A DNA stretch of 64,000 nucleotides from contig NMRA01000136.1 in the NCBI GenBank assembly GCA_002633005.1, positions 770,944 to 834,943 of the forward strand, given 5' to 3'. A model generated the notes under the pieces. That model ran no database searches. It had not been told where the DNA came from and was given only the letters and a program-made list of their open reading frames with translations. The stretch comes from Phoronis australis. Taxonomy: Eukaryota > Animalia > Phoronida. The translations under genes and the position numbers were made by a program. Shown here piece after piece: positions 11,907 to 23,900 of the stretch (positions within the stretch are counted from its first letter, which is position 1; every line of letters starts with the position of its first letter).

Positions 11907-14900
11907 NNNNNNNTACAGCTTTTCACTTGTACTGGGAAGTAGGTGAGATATGTGTCCCAACAACTACCAAAATGCATGCATGTGTTTATACACGTCAGGT
12001 TGATTCCCTTGGAAGAAGTGAAAGCTGTTTGTCTACATGGAAGCGTCCCATGTGACCCAGAATGCATGCATTTAAAATACAGATTGGACGATTGTTTCAC
12101 TGGTGTCATTTAGTGGATTTCGAGTTTCTTAATGTCAAACATGTTTAAATTAGTCACAATTTAAATGAAGAAGTGGCACAATTTTTGATATGTCTGATTT
12201 TCAAAAACCTGAAGTTTGGGAGCCAATCCCTTAGATTTTTGCGTAAGATACAAGCATCCTCTCCATCAAACATGTACAAAAGACAATACATGACATGGAG
12301 AGGTCAAGGAATTTCAGACTAATTACCTTTATACTTATCTGTAAAAGAACATTTTGTGTTAGAGATGTATAAACAAGAAACATTTTGAGTTAAGGATGGT
12401 AAATCCAGGCAGTTAATCAATCTCCTAACATTGCTAGGCATACCAACTACTCAACAATGGAAACAATTAGTTGAAGATGTCATAATTGTATCAAAATGAC
12501 AAAATAAATCTTTGGTATAAACACCATCATTACAGAACTTAGAACATTCTGGAGAAAGAAGCTTTGCTGCTCTCAAAGTTAAAGTATTAATTAAATCTTA
12601 ATTTTAGAACAAACGTTTGACATTTAGCATAACTGATACAATGGCATCATCTTCAACATTAGTGGTCTACAGTCATGACAAAAGTGAAATTCCAGTTTGA
12701 TACAAACAGGAACCATCGCTATTGAAGGAAAGTCGTTGTGAAGTGATGGTATATCAAAGTGGTGTAAATGTCGGTCAGAAAGAGGTATTTTGAACAACTG
12801 GGTAAATAAGGTCCAAACAGAAAAAGGTGGATTAGAAAAAATCATTTTACGTCTATTCAGCATAGGCTATGGCAGCTGAATTCACGTAAAATGGAATTTC
12901 AATAAATTACAACTTTCTAACAATTTTCTGGAGGCCAAGTATGTAATAGCCTTAGTTCAGGATCAGGTTTGTGCTACTTGATGACGGGTGTGGGCGCTAA
13001 ATTGTTAAAACATTCCCCCAGTAAAACTACACTACAGCAAGTCTCATTCATCATGCCCGGTAGTCATAGCGATAATTACCACAACTGATCTCACTGCCAT
13101 CTGGTGCTGGTATGGGAGCTGTTGTGATAAACAGTCATAACTATGTCAATGAACAATTTAAGATACCATTTCATATGGACCCATTACTACCTCTTGAGTA
13201 AAATACTGACAGTACCTTGGCCCACAATGCAGTCAACCAATTATTACATGAAAATTGCACTGCACAGCCTTTCGAATTCAGCAATTCTCTAGAATTTTTC
13301 CCAAGAAATGTAGACAAAAAGTAACTAATAATCACACGATTGCTTTCAAGCACAATTTGAATGCACCACCTCGGGATATGACTCACAATTTTTCCATGAA
13401 TTTTTAATTTCCATGACTTTCCATGTATGAAGATTATTCTGCAAGTTTTCTAGGTTTGCAAGTTGTGAATAATAGACATTAAAATAATCCAATAAAACAA
13501 TACCTTGGGCACCAAGCATGGTGGCCTTGACAGTAGATAAGATCTTCAGTTGAGTGCCAATCGTTGGGATACGCTCACACACTTGCCACAGGTTCTGGAA
13601 ATGAACAAGAGACATGGGCCAACAATTTCAACCAATGCTGACATACCTGCCACAGGTTCTGGAAATGAGCGGGAAACTCCTATACTACATCTTATTCTGC
13701 AGCAGAATCATTGAAATACTCAGCAACTACTCTGCCATCTCTTGGGTGTAAAAAACAGAAGATGGCAAACATTCTCATATTTTTTGTTTAACAGTTGAAT
13801 GCAAATAAATATTTCAGAACAATAATCTTGAAATTTACTAACATCAAACACATCAGAGGGAGCTGTCTCAAGACTCAATAGTTTGATCAAGAACCAGACG
13901 ACATTTTAAGAAATTCTCAACAGTTTGAATCAGGTGTAACGTCCTCAGGCCTGCTCATGTCTTATACAATTTAAACATGAATCAAACTGCTTGCAATCCT
14001 TTTTGAGAGAGATATGTCAATTTCATATCAGAATTGAAATCTTGTAAGGAAATGCTTGCATGCAGACTGACAGTGTCAATCCATTTGACTCACTGTTCTC
14101 ATTCGCTTATCAGTGCACTGTCTGGCCAAGTCATTGGCCAATCGTGTGACTTCCTCAGAGGCAGCAGCAATGGCCTTGGCAGTAGCAATCAACTCCTTTT
14201 TACTTTTGGCACCGCCCTCTCCTCTGACAAAAGTAAAATTAATATAAATGGCATGGATATTATTCAACTCTAGCATTCATATCTACACAAAGTTTGAACT
14301 AAAAGTTCAAGATGTAACATCTAGAGATTACCTTGCAAATTATCCTTCAATCAATAGATAATAGTTTGTTGATTTGGTAATTACAAAGAATGGATTCGTG
14401 ATTAATGGTAAACAACAATTTGTCAAATCTCAAAATGTTCATAATGTCACAAGTTAGTTTCAGTTGTCACAGTCTTTTTTTTTGGCCTTTTTGCAATGTA
14501 CAAGTCACTTGCTTTTAACACATATGCGACATACAATATTTGTCAGTGATAACAACGAATTATTTTTATTGTGAAAAAACGAACCAACACTTGATGCAGC
14601 ATGAAATATGTCTTAACCCAACAAAACACTAACAACCAACTTGGCTTAGCAATTTTCTCACATTTTGTCACAGAATTCTAAAAATGTCACAAAATTTCAA
14701 GCAAGCACCTCTTGTCACAGAATATCACCATGTCACAGGGAATCCATTCTCTGTAATAGCTACTGCGTGTTTAATGAACAAAACGATGAAAGATAAAACT
14801 TACAGTGATAATGACTAGTCAACAGAAATTGCAGAAACAACCATTGAATCCCACTCACTACTTCTTTGATATTGCTTCAAGAATATCAAAAGTGCATACA

Positions 14901-17900
14901 GCAATTTGCAAAAAAATGACATTTTTTTCTCTGTGAAAATCACTGAAAATTCGAAGCAAAAACTTCAAGCTAATATATGAATGATTTTAGAGTTATTTTT
15001 CATCACACTTCTTTCTGTAGTTTTGCCAGACAAAGTTTGACAAAAATCGCAAACTTTTTTGAAAACTGCTGTCAATACATTTCTCCCACATGCAGTGCTG
15101 TATCATGTCCCTGTTCATTTCAATCACTTATTGAATGATATCAAACAATATTACACTGATCCACGCTGCTCCGCATGAAACTTCATTTCATCATACGACT
15201 AGTATTTTGTTACTCATCCAAGACTAAGGCTTTCTTAATATTCAGTATACTGATTGTTAAATTGAATATTATGTACCTCATGTTTAAAATTTTGTTTGGA
15301 TACTGAGCTTGGCAAGATTCGAATGTGCTCCATTCAGTTTAAAGTCAACAACAGGTAAAAGAATGGGTCCTGTTCATTCACAAACAGTATTGTATTTGTT
15401 GTGACTCCCAATGTTGTTGAAAGTGAAATTCATTTGTTGTTAGACAAGTCTATCCTTTATATTAACAATCTCCACCAAAAATATTCCTATCAGAAAATGT
15501 AGTTGACGGTACTTTTGTAAATATACTGAAAAAACTAAAGAGAGTTAAGAAACCTAGTATGTAAATTTTTATTAAAATCTGAAGAAATTCACAAAGTTAA
15601 AAAATGTAAAATCGATGCATATGAGAACATAATTCCATATATGTTATGCTTTGTAATACGAGCCACTGGCTTTATTACCTGAAATAAATTGATTGAAACT
15701 GACTTTAAATTGTTAAATCTTGATAAAAAATAAACAGTACATAAAAAAGCAACTATTTCTCATACGGCCTTTTCCACCACAACCCCAACCAAGCCAGGTA
15801 AAGCAAGATAAAGGTGAAATATGATCATGAATGCCGTGTGCCAAGGATCGATTCCTCAGGTGTTTGGTGGGATACAAGGAATATTCACACTGCCTGCACA
15901 GCAGGACATTCCCACCTCCTTCAATCATTACCTGTCAGTAACGTCAATTCTTAATGAGAAACAGATTAAGCGTTAGTACAGGAAGAAGAATAAAACGTAG
16001 AGGAGCGATGGATAATCAATTTAGTAATAGAAAAAATAATACTCACATCAACTGTTCAGTGAATATTTCAATAATTACAAACAAGTATATTTTGTTAATA
16101 TATAAACTTAAGTTGAAAGAAATTTATTAGAACAGGACTTTTACATAATTATGCAAATGGTTAATTATTCGAGGGACAAGGCTGTACTCTATTGGTAGTC
16201 ACACATCAACCCCTTGATAGGGTGGCCAAAGGTGGCCTTTGTTGTCAAATACTTGGGGGTTCCAGCTGAACAGATGTCATAGTTAGCAGACACCAACTTA
16301 GAACCACCAATGACATGTGTAAGCCCAGTATGCTAAACATTATTATATGTACACCTTTAAGCTTCTAAACATAAATGAATATTTCAGTTTTAAGTATGAT
16401 TTTCCTAACAAGTGTTGTATGAATTGTTTTATTCTCCTGAGCACAAACTAAAAAGAGATGATTCTGTACCTGACCAACTGGCTGAGTTTAGCCATCAACA
16501 AAGCCATCTTCTTCGCTGCTGCGATGAGTTCATTGTCGTTAGACTCCCACTGTTTGACCTCTTGGTGGAGAGCATGTGCTGCCACCTAGTGATTAATACA
16601 GATCATAATTTTTGCAATAAAGCTTCATCTCACCCTTCACCCTGAATATCTGGCTAAAAATAAAAATTGAGGATTTTCCACAGGTCTCCATGTTTTGGCA
16701 CACCAATAGTGCCATGTATACTTCTTGAATAGGATAACTTTATGTCTCAATACAAGAATAAGCACTCTCCGAAAGTGGACAGCAGGTTGAAATGGGCTGT
16801 TTAGTTCATTATGTTAAAACTAGAGATCCAGCAATGAATACACTCAGCCAAACCACAATGCCAAGTTTTTAACATTCGCTCACTTCCAAAAGTTTCAAGC
16901 CAACTGCGCTGTATTAAACTGAGTTTGTTTACTGCAAACTTCCGTCACGAAAGTTTTAGAAATTTCCCAGAGATTAAGTGCAACATAGTCTGACTGCACG
17001 AAATAGTTAACTTAAATGTCAAAATAGCAGATTAAAAGTATCCAGTTTCACAATCTACCATGATTGGCTGGTTTTCCTTTGGCTGCTGTTTGAACAGCAC
17101 GGCGGCCTCCTGCTCCTCCGGAGGTGGTGGACGGGGTGGGGCTGACTCCTGGGGCAACGGTGGGCGAGGGGGTACATCTGGAACAAGCAGATACCAACAA
17201 CTCTTCAATAGTGACTCTCAAGCAATCCAAAAGGGTTATTTGTAAATGTGGTCTTGCGATTATATGCAGTCATACTGAAAAGAATACAGTTTGTCCACAA
17301 GTAGAATGTGTCACTAATATGAGACAAGAATTTTATCAGAAAACGTTAATTAGTAGATGAGCTACTGCAGAAACAAAAATGTCACACAAGATTCCAAGAC
17401 TAAACAATGTACTAATGTTAGTTAAAAGTCTTAAATGCATTGTTAATATAACAATTTTCATAGTTTTACCTGTTCTTAATCACATGAGAAGACATTACAA
17501 GTACATAAATAGTTTAAAACAAGAAAAAAATGGGTACATGACATGGTTACTGTGGGCAAGGGGTCCATTTCATGAAAAGTGACTCAAGATTTAAGTCAGA
17601 CAGTTTGTCTTACGCGCCGCAAAACTATTTCTGAAAAAAATTAATTCACCTCAGCAGTACATGCTTTCTGAAAATATACCCATACTTGCTTGTTGCTCAG
17701 ACAATTTTGGAACATCATTCCTAACCTGCGATGTGCAATCACAAGTAAATGACAAAAACTTAAATCAGTTATTGAGAAGTTGGATTTCGGACTTTAAGTC
17801 TTCAGTCAATAAGAAAAGCAACTTAAGTCTTAAGCCACATTTTATAAAAAGACCCAAAGTCACAAAGTTCAAATAGCGAGACTAACAATCCCTAATTAAA

Positions 17901-20900
17901 CAAGCAGCAATGTCTACATCAAACAAAGCTACCTGGAAACTAGTTTGAGTTTAAAATGAGACGAGCCAATACTTTGTTGTAAGTTAGTTATTAGTTATTA
18001 GTGATAATTAGATCAGCTCACAACACAACACAAGACAGCAATAAAAGTGTTACCAGTATATGGTTATTAACGATTAGTACTGAGCCAAGTTTAAAAGGGA
18101 GAGTGAATCAAGGTCAATACTCCATCAATTTACAATGCGTAACTTTCTAGTTTACTGCAGAATGATTGTAAATATATTCTGAAAAATAAGTTGATTTTCA
18201 CATCATTTGCCACAAAAAGTAGGTAACACCACGGACAAAAATTCTGCCCTTTCCTTCCCAAAAAGCTAACTCTGATCAGAGTATTTGACCACGATTTGCA
18301 ACTAATAAGGTGATAATCCAATCCTAAACACAGATCTGAAGCCTACCTCTCTTTCCACCAAAACTCTTACCACGCACTGCAACAACACCTGTCCCCATGC
18401 ATAAGCACATTTTCCACACACAATTGTAATTAAACTTGAGTAGTAAAGCTTCTTCTTAATGCAGAGCAAGAGTAATTGCTGAGAGTGGCAAAGGTTTTGT
18501 GAAGTGAGAGTTTGACTCGCCTGGCACCGCCTGGCACCACTAGCACCCTGACAAAGGAGGCGTTAAGTAACCTGGACAAAACATTTGACTGTTAATCCTG
18601 GGAACATGCTAGCATGGTACAACCTACAAACAAAACGAGTTAAAATGGGGAGGTATCAACACAGTTTTTACCTATCAAAAGAAGCTACACGAACAAGTTG
18701 ACACTTACGAGTGGAAGAAATTTTACAAAATCTCCAAACTCTTCAGTAGTACCAGTACGTGTTAGGACACAATACAGTAATTGATTGGATGAGATGTAGA
18801 ACAGAGATACTAAAATCTTGCCAACTTGAGACAAAAATAACTTATTTGCCAAATTTGCCCTTTTTTCATTTCTAAATGACTTCTGATAAAACATTGTGAA
18901 TGGCGCCAAGTTTTCAAAACAAAGCTTGAGCTTGGTACAAAGCTTGAACATGGAAAAGCATTTGATTTGGTGCTGCATTATGTTGCATGGAAAGTCATAA
19001 AATAAAATTTCATTTATCGCCCATATTGTGTTGGCCATGAAGTGCAGAATGCGAGACATCTCAAGAGATTTTAATTCTCTTTCACCTAAGACTGGCAAAA
19101 TTACAAGGAAGTGTGTAAAGATTTTTACATTTCTAAAACTTCATGAACATATGTTAGTATTTGGGTAAAAGTCAATTATTTCATCTGCTGATGCTGTTCC
19201 TGTTAGCCATGCTGCTGATATCTTGCGTGCATGAGTTCCTGTATGCAATATAAATACATGTAGGCAACGTTTAGCAAGAGTTGCTGCAAACAGAGCTCAG
19301 GTTAGTTGCATTAGTATTGGGGGGACACCACTTTCCCATAATGCACCAACTCACTAGCCAGGCATGACAGATAGTCTTCACTTGTGCCAAAAATAAATTT
19401 GTAAAGGTACGAAATTAGGCTGCGGGATAACATAATTCGGGTTTAAGTCTGTGAGTCATTTCAATGAAAAAAGCAACCACAGATAAAGCCAACTGCATAT
19501 GTGTAATGGGCCTGCACCACAAAAGGTACTCAAACACTTGTGCTCTATCTTTTAAGCCAAATCTTGCACAAAGCACCTTACACAATAGTCAACTTTCAAA
19601 ATAGCAAGTGACAAAATAAATACTCAAAATCCTATCTTAACAAACTGGCACATATTTGCAAGACCAATCATGTCTGCCATAAATGGCTACAATCCCACGA
19701 TGCATCAGTAGTTCACCTCTAAAGTAGTCACCAGGTGGCGGTGGCACCGGTGGTGCTGGGACCGGTGGCTGAACTGGTGCAGGTGGTGGAGGAGCTGTAA
19801 ATCAAGTCTGTGATCGATGTATACAAAATACAAAATAAAACAACCACAACACTATTCCTTACTAGTAACAGTAACAACAGAATCTACTCTGCATTATAAA
19901 ATGCAACTTGTAACTCCTTTGCAATAAGTTTGCATTAAGACAGCCATTATATTTAATATGAAGTTTTTTCTATGAATAAAATTCTGCAAACATAGTAACT
20001 CAACAGAAAATAAAGCATCAAAAGTATGCCTAACAAAGCAGCCTAGCTGAACGTTCAAAATTCCTAAACACATGCAAAGAAAAAATAAATTGACAGGTAA
20101 AAACCCAGCAGAAACAACTCAAAGTACAAGACAAAAGTAATCAGACAAAATGCCATTTTTCCATCATTTTAGCTAATTTTGTAAACAGCAAAAAAGATGG
20201 GTAATAAATATTGGGGCAGTAAAATGGCTTAATAATCGTCTGGCTGTTAATTTTCCATCATTCTCAGTCACGACGGAAGACTATTGTGACGATGAATTCA
20301 GCTTCCGTCTAGCTGTAACCACAGGGAATCTCGCGTGATTTTGTCTGAATATGTTTGGATTGTACTGTATAAAACAGGAAGAAAGAATTTGTCGAGTCAA
20401 ACATTCTAAAATTCATTGTTTAGAGCAGATTCAATTTGACACCCAGAATTATAATAAGCAAAACGATGTTGATTGCTACACCAATTTCCTGCATTTCATT
20501 TTTGCTCTAATTCCAGGGAAATAGTAATTTTAAGTCTTGTGTCAGATTGCAATATTCCAGTCTTTTTATTTTCAATTTCACAATGAGTTAATGAATTAAG
20601 TCAGAGGACAGGTTATTCAAAACTTAAAAAAATAGGAGCACAACTATTATTACTTCTGAAATTTGTAGAATAGGCAAACCACACAAACCTTCCCACACTG
20701 GAACTGCAGGTACGTTGTTATGTGCTTGTGTAAACAAGTCCAAGTCATCTGGCGTGAACCAAGCAAAACAAAGCGACAACCGATTAATAATAATAATTAA
20801 AGTGAAAGTGAGGCCAGATTGGAGAGACTTCTCTGGTATACATATAAATGTTGGATCAACTTCCACAGCCATTACTACTGATTTGACCACGACACGCCCC

Positions 20901-23900
20901 TCATTGTCTCAATTATGGGATCGTTATCAGCTTTATTCTGCCCTGAAAATATTCCCAAAGATTGAAGGCGCATGTAACTCATATGATGGTGAGTGGGGGA
21001 GCAATTAATGATGCCCAGGGGGGTGGCAACATTGCTCCTCATCGAAAAATCCTGACCCCTTTCAGAAGACACAGCCACCTTTCACCTAGATGACCAAGGG
21101 CCCTGGTCAGTTCCAGCACTACTTCATGTTTAGGATAAATCTCAATCTTTACAAATTTTTTCAAACATATAATATGCTCACATTGCATTAAATTAAATCC
21201 ATTGATACTCAATAACATTTCTTCAAGTGTAAAACATTGAGTTGCTAGGGACAGGTTCAGTTGGTTCCAATAGTCTGGCAAACCTTTATCCGCCATCTTC
21301 ATGCCTTTTTGATGCTTTAGCAATTACGAACCTACATTCTTCAGTGCCTTGGTCAAATCATATGCAATTTTGCTGTTACTATATAACCTATGTCAGAGGG
21401 AACTGTGTCTAGGATTTTTGAATTTCCCTTAAACAATGAAAAAAGATATGTACATCCATTGAAAAGTAAAATTATTTATAAAATAAGTGAAATACCAAAG
21501 AAGTCTCCTCTTCACCTGAAGCAAAGCCACCACAATAAGCCTGTTCATGCGAGTCTAGCCTTTCCCTAAGTTTTAGGGATTTTTTCCATAAATTTTTTTT
21601 CTAGTAATTCCGGAATTTTGCGATCATGCGATAAATTTTCAGGATCTGGGTAATAATAAAGACTCGATGAATGGGCCTATCATATACTTGTGTGAAGCAC
21701 TAACAAACTTAAGATGTTAGCCAAATCAAAGCGTTACATAAGCATAACAGAGAAGGGTAAATTTACTGTTCAATTTCAAACCATTGAGAACATATTAACC
21801 AGACTATTAATTAAAACTATGGTGACTATTTAAAGAAATATGAGAATGAATAAACACAAAAGCAATATATTTGTGACCAGGTCTAAAACTAAATTAAGCA
21901 TTACGGCAATGTAGGACTCTAGAACATAACATCTCAGGAATGGCTGACCTACATATATAAAACTTTCAGATAATATGCTTTACTCACAATTCTTTGAAAC
22001 GCTGTTAAGAATTATTTTTAAATTGTAACATTTTGCATGAGAACCTCAGCCTATCAAAAGTAAGGCTTCTATTATGAAAAAAATTAAGTTGAATAAAATG
22101 AAATGATATTTTAAAAACTATAACAGTGTTTTTGAGAACATTTACATCAAATAAAATATGATTAAATTATCGATACTGGTGTTTTATTATCAAGAATTCT
22201 TTTTTGGATAAATTTTACTTAAGACATTTTCATGTGACCTAATTAATGGCAGACTATACAGGCTTTCTATTTTCAGGAAATTATAATTTCTTTGAGTTAA
22301 AATCTATAGTTTTGTATTAGACACTTGGCTAAATGCATTGACTTTAAAGTGATGATGAACTTATGAAAAAAGAAAGTAAATTGATCACAGACAAAAAATA
22401 ATAATTAGAGCCAATATCAAATTTTTGGTATAGTGTAAATTTGATTTATGAATAGCGTTAATAGGTCAGGCCAAAGAAATAAGATTTAAATTTTTTGTTG
22501 CATGTGAACAAGCATCATTAACTGCAATGAGTTATTCAGTAATGCGTAAACTTTCGCAGGTAGTTACAGTGCATGACAAAACTAATCAGACAAAATAACA
22601 CTTCACCGTCATGATGTCTAATTCTGTTGACAGTGCAAATGACTGGAAGCACAATTCTAATTAAATAGCTAATAGTCCGTTTACTAAATTTTCCTGTTAA
22701 TTTCCCTTCATTCTCAGTCATGAGAGAGGGCTACTCTGACCATGGATTTAGCTTCCAATCAAATGTCATGACGGGGAATTCTGGGTGATTTTGCCTGAAT
22801 ACTTTTGGCATCTAGTGTAGGCGAGTAAAGTTGGCAACAAAATAACAGCACATACAGAAGCCATAATGGGAAGAAAGCATGGAACAACAGCGCCATCTCA
22901 AATTTAATGTTTTTAAAGATATATTGCAGTTACACTGGAGTTAGCTACTGGTTGCTTTAGTAAGAAACAGGAAACATGGAAATGACAGCCACACTGGAAC
23001 ACATGGTGGAATGCCATGCAGTCAAACCTGCTGGCTGAAGATGAACCTGAAGTTGAGTGGTTGGATGCTGCTGCGTGGAGGTTGGTGAGAGTCTGGAGTG
23101 ACGCTGAGTCATGGGGGATGAGTGAGGAAAGACGGGGTGCCTGGCGGACTTGGGGGACACAGGGATGCGTACAGAGTCGGGGAAGTTGCATGGCGGAGAA
23201 GCATTGCACAGAGAATCTAACACATCTACAGAGAGAGAATGATAAGAGAGAGAGAGAAAGACAAAGTCACACACACTGACAAAGAAATAGACATGTTGAT
23301 GTACATGTGCAAGGGAGGTAATTTAAAAGATGGAGAGGAGAAGCAAAGAAGAGTGACACTGTCTTAAGTGCCATGTTACAATGACAACTTGTAACCTGGG
23401 ACAGATCAAAGTGATTTAATGTTTTATGCAATATTCCTGACGCAATCTAAATGTGAACAACTCCAGTTCATGGAAAGAAATAATATAACAGACACACACA
23501 GATGACAATTGAATTACTAGAATACTGGAAAACAATGGTAGATAATGCAATTCCATGTGACTAAGATTTCCATGAAACCAAGTCATTCAATTATTTTTAG
23601 GTTTGATAGGTGTGTGCATAGAGCCAGTTTCAGTTAGTCAATGATAAATTGCACCCAGAATAAACTGCACACATCACAAGTTTACACAGAAGTGTATAAT
23701 GCACTCGGCCAGGCACTGTGAGCTGTTTTAGCTGTTGGATATAGACAATTAATAGTGGAACAAAGGATGGGCAAACCACACGACACAGTTTAATAATCAC
23801 AGCTTAAAAGAAAAGCCAAACCATGGCGGAAGTGAAAGATCAACAAGTTAGATTAAAAATTTTTTGAACTCCAGCAGGGCACCATACGACAATGAATCTT

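Noticed and set aside
18519-18626. Exon-like GC-richer patches with AG acceptors in the vinculin hinge intron
   Set aside because: Both candidate acceptors give an early stop in the required phase 1.
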